Below are positions 1 through 14,200 of a stretch of 64,000 bases of DNA, one piece after another. Numbering within the stretch: the first letter of the stretch is position 1; each line of letters opens with the position of its first letter. This stretch comes from Antedon mediterranea (taxonomy: Eukaryota > Animalia > Echinodermata). The stretch covers positions 21,403,237-21,467,236 of the forward strand of contig NC_092672.1 of NCBI RefSeq assembly GCF_964355755.1, given 5' to 3'. The notes beneath the pieces were generated by a model. It was not told where the DNA came from. It saw nothing but the letters and a program-made list of their open reading frames with translations, and searched no databases. A program made the translations under genes and the position numbers.

Positions 1-1722
1 GCGTTTAGGGCATGTGATGTACCGTAGGCCTATCCTCTACTGGTTTTACAACGCTACTCATGCCAGTGAGGGAAGGGTGATGATGTGGGTAGTTTAATTG
101 CAATAATAAAGATTTGTACATAATATACGGCGAGTGAAAACTCTAGCTCATTATCCGTTTAAAAAAAAATGTATATCCAACCACTGCAGCACAGATTGAA
201 AAAAAAATGGATCGAATTTCTGTTATGAGTATACAGTACTTGCCTTTACGACGCCTGAGGGAATAGACGCTTGTGGAACAGAGATTGGAATGTTCCATTC
301 ATCGCAAATCAATACATTTGTATAAACGTATATTAAATCTATCAAAATAGTATTTTTTTAAGAAAATCGGCCTGTCTTCAACATTATGATGCTGTACTCG
401 AGCTGTTCAACCGGTTTTCAGCCATTAAAAACAATTATCGTAAGAGGAGATAGGAAAATGCGAAGCATCCTCGTATTATTGTCTGCGGGTATTTTTCAAG
501 ACGGACATCCATTAGACAGTGTATACCACGATCGAAAAACACCCCTATTTGGGGCAAATGGTTGAACCTAAATTAGTTTTAATCGTCAATAACTAATTAT
601 CGAACTCAATTTAATTATTAAACAGGGTTACATCAGGTGGTTAAAATCAGTACCGAAAGTACGAACCAACTTTATATACCATCGAGTAAACATTCTAGAA
701 ATAACGCGCGATTTACCGAATTTTGCCCTTACGTAAATTTATATATAGATTAGAGCAAGATTGGTACAAAAAGATTTCACAAAAACAATTCACAATGCTG
801 TGCCATATCTAAATAAGGACAAAATTCACATGCCAAAATCACACCTTTTACCATGGCAACCATTAATTTTTTTCAAAAATATTTCAGTTTTGTTATATTT
901 ATCTAAAGTGTGAATAATTACCAAAGTATGAAGAAAATTCATTTTTTTGGCATTTGGCCACATTAGGTTGATATTTGTAGTCAACCGCTCTTAAGACTTA
1001 GAAGATGTGCTTACATCCTCAAAAATGCACTCTCGTAGACGTCATTTTAGATTTGACCAACAATTCTCCAATCAAATGACAAGAATTCGAGTAACTGACC
1101 TCAACTGACCGACACAAAAAATTTCTATTGTTTCGGGACTGAAAGAAACCGAATGCAACTTTAAATCATGTCACACGTCGTGCAGTAAGGGTGACCACGA
1201 CCATATAAGCTACCTTACAGACGGTTACAACGCACATACAGTATTATGACTTATTTCCAATGGAATGGTGTCGGGAACACACACACAAAGTTTGAATCCC
1301 AAATGATCCTAAATGACATAAAAATCACAAACTTAAATCATATTTCTGAGAATTATTTTTATTTACTGAAATTATATTGTTAGTTTTACATGATTTGTTT
1401 ATAATAAAATTTAAAATTTGGATTTTATATTCATTGACATGAAACTTACTCATGCGTGAAAACCAAATCAAAGCTGAAAGAGCTCCACAAAGACCCTGAA
1501 TTCTTACAGTGTAATGGATGTTAAGTTTTATTGTACAACAATTGTATTATTGTTTGTATTGTGAATACAAATTGCTACAACAGCACACGCATGTAAAAAT
1601 TGAATTGTGTCAATATTCATTATTCTTTCAACATATACAGTAGACAATTTGCGGCATTTGACACAACCTTGATACTGGTGGTAGTTCCTGGATTAACATA
1701 CTTAATCCTGACATGAACTGTA

Positions 1723-2205
1723 TTATAGCCTAACTGGACCATGATACAGCAACCCAAGTAACACAATACCAAAAGCTATATCAATGGCAGGAGTTGTTGC
1801 AACTTGCACAAACTTGTTATTGATGGTAGTAGTTCCTTGATTTACAGGCTGACCTTCAACACGTCTACCATTCTGGTGCTCACTAGCTATTGGTTTATGT
1901 GTAGCACATTGTTCATCTGAGCTCTTCTTTTGAGATATTTCATCCCCATCTTTTTTTTGTTCAATGTTTACTAGGCCTATTGTATTTCCTTCACTTCTAC
2001 CACTATTACAGTTCAGGTTAACATTTTCATGAAATTGTATTCTAGAATTGTGTTTTACATTTTCTGGTTCTTCAATTTCATTGATGCTCTTACTGTCATG
2101 AGGTTCATTATCCAGTGATACTACTGACAGTATACCTTCTGTTAATATGCTATTGTTTTGTTGCGATTGTTTATCATTGCATTCTTGCACATCAGAATCA
2201 GCAAA
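1723..2205 (-). CDS. MYO19: MYO19 putative terminal (tail) exon
   Basis: TTTTTACCAG acceptor, phase 0, open to TAA at 1723; low-complexity sequence then hydrophobic [12 protein letters not shown]. Confidence 0.6.
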   Translation of the reverse strand, partial: FADSDVQECNDKQSQQNNSILTEGILSVVSLDNEPHDSKSINEIEEPENVKHNSRIQFHENVNLNCNSGRSEGNTIGLVNIEQKKDGDEISQKKSSDEQCATHKPIASEHQNGRRVEGQPVNQGTTTINNKFVQVATTPAIDIAFGIVLLGLLYHGPVRL

Positions 2206-5200
2206 CTGGTAAAAATAAATGTTAAATTGTATTAAATTGTATCAAGAAAAAAAAAATTAGATTAAAAATCATAAACTGAATGTTTATGATTTGAATACGG
2301 AGAATATTTCATGAAAATTAACTGATTGACCATTTAATGAGGCGGAACCAAGCACAGGCAGTCTCTCAGTAAATGAAATATACTCTATTCAACATTATTA
2401 GTTTTATAGCACAGTACATATGATGATGTGGTAATTTAACATCATTAAATTAAGTACCTGTAAATGAGGATGTGTTAGTGATGAAGGAACATACTTCACA
2501 TTGTAAAGTTTGTTGGGGCAGCGAAGATTGAAAATTGCTAGTTTTAAGTAAAAGGCCTACCTCGTCTGAATTCAATTCATTTAATTGTTCATCTAACTTG
2601 CGTTGGTGTAAACGAATTAAATATCCAATCATAGCATACTGTATGACACGTGCTGCCTCATGTCGTCTCTTTACATCTTCTCTCACCTTCCAGCCTCTAA
2701 AACCTACAACATATCAATTCTAATTAGTGACAATTAGTGGCTTGGTTTGGTAACAGCATGATGCCTGCAAGATATTTGTCAAAACACTATTACAATCAAT
2801 ACCTGCTTGAATGATGACAACAGCTGCCTCTTGTTTACTTTTGGTTGCCAGGATCTTCCTCCACCATATCTGGATTACACCAGCACTTAAATTGAATTCC
2901 TTCAATCTTGCAACTTCAAGTTTATCCAACTAAATGAAAAATAACGGAATATAATAAATATACAATGATGCAGATTCTTACTTATTTTTTTACACTGACA
3001 AGCTAAAAACAAAAAGCTAAAAGTGTTATAATTGTGTGCTACAACTTTTTCATAATGTTATAAGATAGCAATCTTACTGATTTTCAATGACTTACACACA
3101 TTTAACTGGGTAATAATTTTTAATAAAATGGTATTTTTTAAATTGTGTCAAATTAATTGTTCTTTTCTTTTTTATATTTATATACTTTTTTTAAAAAGAA
3201 AAATGCCTCAATTTTACATAAATATTTAGTCAATTATGGTGAATTTCCTATCTTATGCTACAAAAATATTCCTGTAGCACTACTTTTAAAAATAAAGGTT
3301 TATTTTACGACACTCATTCAGCTCTACTACAAAGGTTTATATTATACAGATATTGCCTACTTAGAGGTGAAAACCCCGAGGGAATGATATTTTTCTAAGG
3401 AACTAAATATTACATCTGTTATATTAAAATATGTAGCAAAGTTTAAGTAGACTTGGCTGGGTCGGCTAGCCTAAGTAATAAGACTGCCTAGTTCACCTTA
3501 CCTTGCCTAAGTAATAAGACTGCCTAGTTCACATTACCTTGCCTAAGTAATAAGACTGCCTAGTTCACCTTACCTTGCCTAAGTAATAAGACTGCCTAGT
3601 TCACCTTACCTTGCCTAAGTAATAAGACTGCCTAGTTCACCTTACCTTGCCTAAGTAATAAGACTGCCTAGTTCACCTTACCTTGCCTAAGTAATAAGAC
3701 TGCCTAGTTCACCTTACCTTGCCTAAGTAATAAGACTGCCTAGTTCACCTTACCTTGCCTAAGTAATAAGACTGCCTAGTTCACCTTACCTTGGCGAAAA
3801 ATGACCGTATAAAGTCAAATAATTGCTAATGATTCCTTTGCCATAAAATATTCACTTAAATTAATTAAAATGTAATTTATTCTACTGCAAATATAAAATA
3901 ATTAAATTATTACTAAACTACTTTTAAGTACCTGTCCCTCTCTTAGGAATATATCACAGGCACAGAATAAATTCTATATCGCCCGGTGATATACTGAAAT
4001 TCAATTAATTAATTTGAAACGATGAAGATGAGGAAATCTGTGAGAATGAGAAAAAGTCGACTCCATCAAGATTCAAACCCGGAACCTTCTGCTTGATGTC
4101 CTAACCATTAGACCACTGGGGCTTTCATGGTATTGTTCAAACTCGATTGGATCGTCGTGGTACGGCGGTATAGCACTAGTCCCTCAGTTGTACGCACACG
4201 CATCAGAGATCAAATTGATACGCCCTCATCTTTCAGTATATATATACATATATATATAAATCCAAAGGCAAATTACTGAACAAAATGACAATGCTGTGGG
4301 TATCAGTGGCTGGATCTCAATGGAGATACGAAAATAAAAAGCGAAAAGCTAAATCAAAACGATAAAGTAAACAGCCGCCAGAAAAGTTAGCAGAGCTTTC
4401 GGGCAACACTAGCCCTTCATCAGTGCAATACCTATATATATATATATATATATATTGTAAGTCCTAGAGCAAGCTGTTTAATTGGGATTTTAATAGTAAA
4501 AAATACAGTAAAATACAAATTACAACAAATAAGAAGGTTGTAACATGTTTAGTGCAACCTATAAAACAATACAACACAACCATTTTAGTTTTTGCTTAAT
4601 TATTCAATATCGAAAACAAACAGGTGTAAGCTGACCTGGTAGGGAAGCCTGTTGCACTGATCTCAATTGTTTCAAGAACACCGCAAGCACGTAGTTGATT
4701 TATAACATGAACGTTATCAAAGCTGTCTGGTTGACACTCAAGACTTGGTTTGATACAGCGGATGTAGTGAGGTGTTGTTTCATGTAAAGTAGCCATAAGA
4801 CTGTCCAATGAATTCTAAGATATAAGATACAATTGTTAGATTGTTACCCCGAAGATTACATGTAAAAACTAAATGGTATCAACCAAAATAAGTATAAGTA
4901 AATACAAAATGGATTGAGGAAATATGTCTGATAATCAAAAAATAAAATATCTTGCATATATTTATTATTATAAGTTACATTTTCAACAGAAGTTTAAAAA
5001 CAATTGGGAAGCAATAATTTGAGTGATCTTGCAGATGTTTATTTTATTTATTTCAGCATCATAGAAAACAATTTACAGATAAAATACAATTAATATAATA
5101 TACAGGAAACAAAATATGAAACATCAACAATATACAAAAACAGGGATGCCGATAAAAGGCCTTGTTTCCCTGTTTCTCCTTTTTTCAAGAAAAAGCAAAA

Positions 5201-8200
5201 ACAACAACAAAGCAAAAAAACCTATCTAAATTCTAAAGCAAGAGCTCAGTCTTGAAGCTATTTTTCCATACTAAATTCATCAAGAGTCTAAATTAAGTTT
5301 TGAATGAGTTTCAACTTTCAGGATTCTGTACCTTAAATTTTGATACCACTGTAGTAGTCTTTTTTCCTTTTGTTTTACTTTGACTCTGAAAAAAATTCAT
5401 AAAATTAACCTATTTTAGGTTAAACAGAACTATTAACATAACTGATGCAAAGGCATTATAAATATCACACATTTATTCTTTGTTTAAAAGTTTCATGATG
5501 TAACATCAGGGCCGTAGCCAGGATCTGTCAAGGGGGGTTCGGACACTAAATATTTGGGTCAACCCCCCCCCCCTCCCCTGGGGGTGGGGCCTGATGCGAA
5601 GCGAATTTTGTTAAATGACACCCCTAGACGGCCGGAAAAGACACTCTCGTGCAGCATGCTACCAATGAGAAAAAAGATCGTACTTTTTTCCTCCTTCTCA
5701 AACACGTCGATAATTTAAAGGACGATAACTATTTGTTGCCGTATGTTAGATGCGCGTGCTCTGTGCGGAACCGCCGATTGTTTGATCATTTACTCCGTAT
5801 TTTGTTTTGCGTTCAAGTTCAATGCGAACGTACATCTAGGAGCAGCCCCGAAAAAAACACACTGGTTGAAGGCAAATGCTATTTGCTAGCTCTATCTATA
5901 ATATTTATTTACAGCAATTTGTTGAGGAATATAAATATTTAAATAGGTGATATTGATACATTTTAGTACGTATCGGCTGGTGGTCTAGAAAAAAATACTC
6001 GGATGCCATAATGTGAACTACAGTACTTGATACCATAGATATTATAGTGTAAAATATCAATATTCACTATAATCCTTAGACTATGATACATTATACTTCA
6101 TAGTCACACATAAATACTGATGTACGTCGGAAGGCTACTTTATGCATGCTGCCTGACTGCCAGTGATCTAAACAATTATAGGTACGCAGTTGTCTGGCGG
6201 TGTCCTTTGTACGAATCGTTCGTGCCCCAGTTCGCTATGAGACGCGTCAATATCATGTTACATGCAGGGACCAAACATTTATTTTTCAGGTTAAAATCGG
6301 CAATTCATTTGCAGCTTTTAGAAATTTACAGACACGTATCGCTAGTTGACGCTCATACAGAAAAGAAGGTTCACGAACAAGTTTACGAATTTTTCAATTT
6401 ACAAACAACTTTTTGTACTGTGGGGCACGTATTTGGAGGATTTTTGGAGATGAGGGTGAGGTATTGGGCATGTCGGGGATGGGGGTTCGCAGTCGGTTAA
6501 GGGGGTTCGCTGTAAAGGGGGGGGGGGGGTTCGCCCGAACCATAAAAACCCCCCCTGGCTACGGGCCTGAACATTGATGAAGACAGAACTTTAAAAGCAA
6601 TGGTGTAGTGTTAGTACAGTGTTACTACAGTGTTAGTATGGTGTTACTAGAGTGTTAGTATGGTGTTACTACAGTGTTAGTATAGTGTTACTATAGTGTT
6701 AGTATGGTGTTACTACATTGTTAGTATGGTGTTACTACATTGTTAGTATGGTGTTACTACATTGTTAGTATGGTGTTACTACATTGTTAGTATGGTGTTA
6801 CTACATTGTTAGTATGGTGTTACTACATTGTTAGTATGGTGTTACTACATTGTTAGTATGGTGTTACTACATTGTTAGTATGGTGTTACTACAGTGTTAG
6901 TATGGTGTTACTACATTGTTAGTATGGTGTTACTACATTGTTAGTATGGTGTTACTACATTGTTAGTATGGTGTTACTACATTGTTAGTATGGTGTTACT
7001 ACATTGTTAGTATGGTGTTACTACATTGTTAGTATGGTGTTACTACATTGTTAGTATGGTGTTACTACAGTGTTAGTATGGTGTTACTACAGTGTTAGTA
7101 TGGTGTTACTACATTGTTAGTATGGTGTTACTACATTGTTAGTATGGTGTTACTACATTGTTAGTATGGTGTTACTACAGTGTTAGTTTGATGTTACTAT
7201 GGTGTTACTACATTGTTAGTATGGTGTTAGTATAGTGTTACTATGGTGTTTAAAAACAAATGATAAGATCAATCACCTGTAAACTGGTAACATTAGCATC
7301 AACTAATTGTTGCACAAACTTCTTGCTGCTAATTTTAAGCAAATCTACAAGTTCTGCTGGAATACCATCCTAAAAACATCAAATGATACACAATAGATTA
7401 ATTAGTAAATGAACATTCACCTGTGTACACTGCACATCAAATCTAATGAGCAAATATAATGTAAATAGCAATAAGGTTTCCATTCAAAGTAAATATTATA
7501 GGGATACTCGGAAAAAAAGCCATGGTAATAGGGCAGGAGGGCAAGTTGGTAAATTGATTGTTCGTTAACTTGATGAAATTGTAATATTGGAGAGCATAGT
7601 GGTTAAATAGGTTGAAACACTCTTGTCGTTTTCTAAATTGAATTGTGTTAGTGAACCAATTCTTATTTTGATATAAAAACAGAGAAATGTAATACTGTAA
7701 GCTGGCACGTACTCCAGACTGAAAAAAGATGGCAGCCGTAAATGTGTTCAAAAACATTATTTAACATAACAAATAATAATCTAATATAATACATTCACAT
7801 ATTCTTGTCAAAGAACAGTGAAGATTTATAAATCGCAATGGAATGAATAAATTCTAGGTAATCTAGCATTTTTGTATTTGAGGATCATATAGAATGCGTT
7901 CACGGTTATACGCTTAACACGCTGCATTGTGTATTGTTCTCACGCAGATAGGCTCAACACAGGCATATAGCAGTGCGTACTGCGTAGGGCATATCTGATT
8001 GGTCGATTGAAAGCCGCTATTTTGTTGGTTCCCTCTCCATAGAGAATCACCTTTTGAACTGCGATAACAGAGCATAATAATAGATAGAGCATTACCTATA
8101 GCTACAAACAGCCATTCATACATTTTACTGTGGTATTTATTTTCAGTTATAAGATTATGAGAAATGAGTTTAAACGAAGCAGATGCACTATTCCATAATT

Positions 8201-11200
8201 GTAATGCTTTGAGAAACTATTTATGAACTTCTAACCCCATTTTTTTGTGAATATACTGTAAAACTGGCATTCAGTTGTAAGTATATTACCTTATTCTTTT
8301 CAATTAGACCATCCACTTGGTACGTAACTTTCTCTGCATAGTGATGCACAACAAAAGCTGGTGATGTCACTGATGTGCACGAGATAAGCTTGCACTGCTG
8401 ATGGTGTCAAGAAGAAACTCACAAAATGAACTTGGATCTGAATGTCTGTTTAACTTGCATTGCTATAAACAAGATAAACTTGCAATTAGAAAGTAAATGA
8501 CATAATAACATGATTGTGATCTTAGATGGACAGTCTAAGCACAACAACTTGTAGTTTGCAACTGGTTGTGGTGTTACTGTACTTTTGCACCTAACTCACT
8601 GGGCATAAGGTCACTCACCATCACTGATGTGCAGCAGGTGAATATTGGGGTTAAGCTTGAGGTGCAAAAGTACATCAGCAGCAGGTTTTCTAGTGTAAAC
8701 TAGGCTCAAAAGTCCATTATTTATCTTCTTACAAACTACAGTTTATTTATTGATTTGGGCAATCAAGACAAACTATGGTTTTCAAGACAAACTATGCCTG
8801 TCGGGTAAAAACCACTTTTTTTCAAAATGTAAAAATCAAAATAGGAAGGAGTTATTATTTTACGACATACTGTACTACGATTGAGAAAGGCGAATTCTTA
8901 ATACAGCACTGGGACAACTCATCTTTTTGTTGTCATACATGCAGCATGGTTTCATGGTACAGCAGTTTATCTTTCAATAATAAGTACAAACTACAGAATA
9001 CAGGTTGTCTTTTTCAACCATTATTTTTCGTCTTGCGAAAAACTATGACTTAGAAACTTATTGTTTGTATTTTAATCGAAAGACAAACTACGACACCCCA
9101 ATATTCAACATCAAAACATGTTTTATTGTGAGTGGAATAGCAACACTTACTTGATTCATGAGAGCAAATATACTGATGTTGCCTTCAATAACATCAAGAC
9201 ATGTTTTATTGTGAGTGGAATAGGAACACTTACTTGATTCATGAGAGCAAATATACTGATGTTGCCTTCAATAACATCAAGACATGTTTTATTGTCAGTA
9301 AAGTCTTCAAATTGCCATGGAATTCCCTCAGATTGACAGTCATCCTAAAATAATATAAAGATGACTATTTAATCAGCAGTATGATTATGTTTATAAAGGT
9401 TCATCATTATCACTATTAGATAAAAAAAGTGAAAGATAATTCTCATAAACTTTAATTATTATTGTTATCTTAATTATCATTTTATATTGTATTATAATTA
9501 TACTAGTATTTTGATATTATTAAGTTTTTACAAGATTTGTTTGATATCAACTAAAAGAAGTGCCATATTATTTTTCTCCATTTTTTTTAATGAATAAAAG
9601 AACTGTTGTTATTATCACTCTTATATGGTGCTAATAAAACACTGTTGCACCAACTGTATATTGGTATACTCTATATATAGAAAATAAGTTTGTTGGAATA
9701 CCTGTTCTGCTTTGAGGAAGTTGTGCACAAAATGTTGCTGAAGTTTTTCATTTGCATAATTTATGCATAATTGCTCCAAACTGTTAAATGAAAAACTTTC
9801 AAATCCGTAGACATCCAGTAGACCAATGTAAGACTGGCAACTCCTGGCCATGGTACTGTCATTAATGAATACAACGAGCCAATCAAAAACTCTGAAACAT
9901 TAAAACATAATTTAGTCAGTCTTCAAAGCTATTTTTTTTTTGTAAAACCAAAGCAGGGTTGAAAACGTTTGCATCAAAACATTTTCTCCTGATACATACT
10001 AACTACATGACAAAGAAAGAAATTAGGCAGAAAGAAGTCAGGCCATGACAGCAAGAGAGATTAGGCAGAATAAAAATGAAATTAAATTGACTATGTTTCA
10101 GAGTTTGCATGTAAAGTATGGTTATTTTATTTTTGTGAATGTTTAAAGGTGTATGTACGATTTGTTGTGGGCAATTCACCTCGGTGCAACCCAGCATGCA
10201 TATGGGGAAGCAAATAAAAGTTATTGGATATGTACAACATCTTCTGTGGGTTTGTTTTGAATGTATAACAGGTCAGTAAAAAGGCAAATACTGCACAAGA
10301 TTATTTTCAAAAGAGTAAGTAGTTTTCTTTAACTACAAACAAATATAGCTTTAATGTTTGTAAAATACCTGGCATAGAGTAACTTTGCAAGACAATCTCT
10401 CCTTGTATGACATTCATCTTTTATGCAAGGTTTCATAAAGACACTCTTTCTACGCTTGTGAGATGCAGTGATTTGTCGGAATGCAAGACATCTAGTTAAG
10501 GCATCAACATCAAGACCAAGTAACTGTGCAGCAGCATTAACAGATGTGTCAACTCCTGATGAAGCAACATCAATAGTACAACAATATGATATATTGAATT
10601 TTTAGTGAATTAGAAAATATCTCTTTGGCTGAAATATTTTATCAACATTTTTGGAAGATGGAGAAGAATATTAATAAGATTAAGATTTTAAAATGATATA
10701 CTTAATAACGATATTTTTTTATATATTTTGTGACCAACCTACCATAATACTAAGCTATTCCTTATGTCTGTTTTTAGTTTTTTCTCATACATTATATTAT
10801 GGTAGAAATAAAAACAAATTAAAAAATACTAAAAAGATATATAAACTGTTGATAGAATATTTTGAATCATAAATAAATGCGAATTTACTACAACATTTAA
10901 AATTCTAATAAATCAAAAAAAGAATGAACGAACAGTATTTTAAATATAATCTATTAAAACTTAAAGGTCGCAACTACTTTAAGCTAAACTATAAATACTG
11001 TATGCAATCTTAAAGGTCGCAACTACTTTAAGCTAAACTATAAATACTGCATGCAATCTTAAAGGTCGCAACTACTTTAAGCTAAACTATAAATACTGTA
11101 TGCAATCTTAAAGGTCGCAACTACTTTAAGCTAAACTATAAATACTGTATGCAATCTTAAAGGTCGCAACTACTTTAAGCTAAACTATAAATACTGTATG

Positions 11201-14200
11201 CAATCTTAAAGGTCGCAACTACTTTAAGCTAAACTATAAATACTGTATGCAATCTTAAAGGTCGCAACTACTTTAAGCTAAACTACAAATACTGTATGCA
11301 ATCTTAAAGGTCGCAACTACTTTAAGCTAAACTATAAATAATGTATGCAATCTTAAAGGTCGCAGCTACTTTAAGCTAAACTACAAATACTGTATGCAAT
11401 CTTAAAGGTTGCAACTACTTTAAGCTAAACTATAAATACTGTATGCAATCTTTTTATTGGTATAATACAGAAAATAATTAAACAGCATAACCTAATTTAT
11501 ATCATTTACCTTGTTTTCCAGAATCAATTTCACATGGTCCAGTGACATCATCACTAATAAACTCTATATTTCCAAGATGAAGTATACCACTTAGAACCTA
11601 CAAATAAACACATTTTCAAATTCAATTCAATAATTCAAAAAATAGAATTATAACATTACTATTAGATTTATGTATAAAAAACTTCAAAGTCTATTATCAC
11701 TTATTTATATACTACCATTTGGTTTTCATTACCATAAATTTGTAAAAGTTGTTTTGAATCAATATACTATCATGATTGTAAAAACTAGGTAAAAGTTCAC
11801 TGATGTTTACTGTCCACATGGGCTGGATTAGTTCAACCAAGGCATCTAAACACATTGCTTTGGTTCAGTTAGTTCAATGATGTTTACTGTCCACATGTGC
11901 TGGATTAGTTCAACCAAGGCATCTAAACACATTGCTCTGATTCAGTTAGTTCACTGATGTTTACTGTCCACATGTGCTGGATTAGTTCAACCAATGCATC
12001 TAAACACATTGCTCTGATTCAGTTAGTTCACTGATGTTTACTGTCCACATGTGCTGGATTAGTTCAACCAAGGCATCTAAACACATTGCTTTGGTTCAGT
12101 TAGTTCAATGATGTTTACTGTCCACATGTGCTGGATTAGTTCAACCAAGGCATCTAAACACATTGCTTTGGTTCAGTTAGTTCAATGATGTTTACTGTCC
12201 ACATGTGCTGGATTAGTTCAACCAAGGCATCTAAACACATTGCTTTGGTTCAGTTAGTTCACTGATGTTTACTGTCCACATGTGCTGGATTACTTCAACC
12301 AAGGCATCTAAACACATTGTTTTGGTTCAGTTACTAATAATATCACCATCACTAAGTTTAACCATGTTTTACCAGTTAATTCACTCTTCCCTGGTAAAAC
12401 AATGTTTGTTAAGTAACCAGTTCTATTAAGTAAAAGTTTCTTACTTTAAATAATTCTTGTTGCTGTGACCTGCTAAGTCCAACATTACACATTGCTTGCT
12501 TTGTAACTATAAAATCTTGTTTATCCTTTTGATTACATGCATCTTCTGAACGGTTTAGTTTCACATAGTTTAAGTTGTCTGAACTCAATACATTTGGTAG
12601 TAACCAGTTCCTCATTTCCCTTTCATTTCCGCCAAACAGCATCTATGATAATTTGAAAGAAGAAATGTTAATGATATTATTAAAAAGACTAATAATGAGA
12701 ATAATATAAACTAATAATATATTTCATGCTTTGATAACATTAGTAGAGTGAGTGCTTTCTTGCCCTATATTACAAAATATTACAAAGTGACAATTTTGTT
12801 TCAAGATGTTTAATATCAGTACCAGAAAGATCCTTTTCACATCTGCCTACATTGATCTCCAGACTTATTACATGTTTTCATATTTACTCACGAACCTTGT
12901 GAAATCACGGGAAAAGTATGGTCATTGTATAGTTGATGGTGCTATCATTAGTACAAAAAAAAAAAAGTCACGCTTCGATACTTTCAAACAGGTGTACGGT
13001 CAGTTAAATACCAGGACAAAGCACAAATGCGCAGAACAAACAAAAAAACAGGCCCCTGTGAATATCAGTAGAATTTTAACAACCTGATTACAACCAAAGG
13101 TAGGCTATTAGCCTACTCACTTTAGAAACATGGCAACAGAAATAAATTGCAGGGTTTTCTCTAACCTGCAGAAAATATGCAAATGTATCACAGTTTCCAG
13201 CAGTTAAGTTAAACAGTTGGTTATCCGGTTTAAAGGTACACAAAAATCAAACATAACTAATACTAACTTGGTAAAAGATGTGAAAATTCCTGGCACCATC
13301 ACATTGATAAACAACTCTAGTTTTCTCAAGAAGATATGTCTGAATAGAAGCACCAACAACATGATTTCCACTGAAAACAAAATTGTAAAGTTAAAATAAG
13401 AATTCCTCTTGCGTGTAATTTCATTCTTCCCTGCTATGACACACAAAATGGCATATGTAGAAACTCAAAATGCATGGCCTGTATACAGTATGTTGGTTGA
13501 ACATTGACAAATAAAAATAATGTATGAAACTTACCGACTGAATTGTTGTAGCTGAATGTACTTTCCAAAGCGGCTACTATTGTGATTCCTGGTTGTGCTA
13601 GCATTGCCTAAGAAAATGAAATAATAGTTGTCTAACAGAGATGGAGTTGTAGGGAGGTGTAGGGTACTGAGTGGCAAAAAATTATTACTGTATATATATA
13701 TACTGGTGCAGGCCATCAAATATTGCCATCAATTCCAATTAATTCTACTAGTCTAATAATACCAAATCTGCCAAAAATTAAATTTGAGCATAAAATCTCA
13801 CCAAATTCATATTTAGAACATAGTGTAAGTTGCCCACTGCTGATCAACAGTTTTAGCCTATATATTATATTAGGAGTTTAAAAGATTTTGGCACTATGAC
13901 TGAAGGTTAAAGATATGCTAGAATTACAAAATGTAAAATCAGTACACAAACTGCTTTAAATTATCATTTTAAATTTCATTTTACATAAAGCGTTAATCAA
14001 TTTTAGGTTAGGTGTAGCTTTATTTATTTATTTTTAAATCAGTATGATACTTATTGACTTTTATATTTCAGTTTTCTCAGGGAAGAGTTAAATTACAATT
14101 TAATTTAACTCTTCCCTGATTTTCTTGTAATTTTATGGGTACACTATCATTATGCTCATTTTTATTTGGTTCTCATCTCTTTATCGACTGTTCTTATTCT

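Noticed and set aside
1-994. Sola3-like element ending ...CAACCGCTC|TTAA
   Set aside because: Only one putative terminus is visible and it cannot be confirmed within the window.
2450-2560. Extension of the IQ exon to the donor at 2458
   Set aside because: Phase 1 there gives an immediate stop in the next exon; the donor at 2561 keeps frame.
4065-4120. Functional tRNA gene
   Set aside because: Only degenerate A/B boxes and no full cloverleaf; treated as a SINE head.
5649-6500. ORFs 5649-5942 and 6120-6500 (and copies 23439-24332) as genes
   Set aside because: They lie inside MITE family A, show no domain motifs, and are conserved only because the copies are recent.
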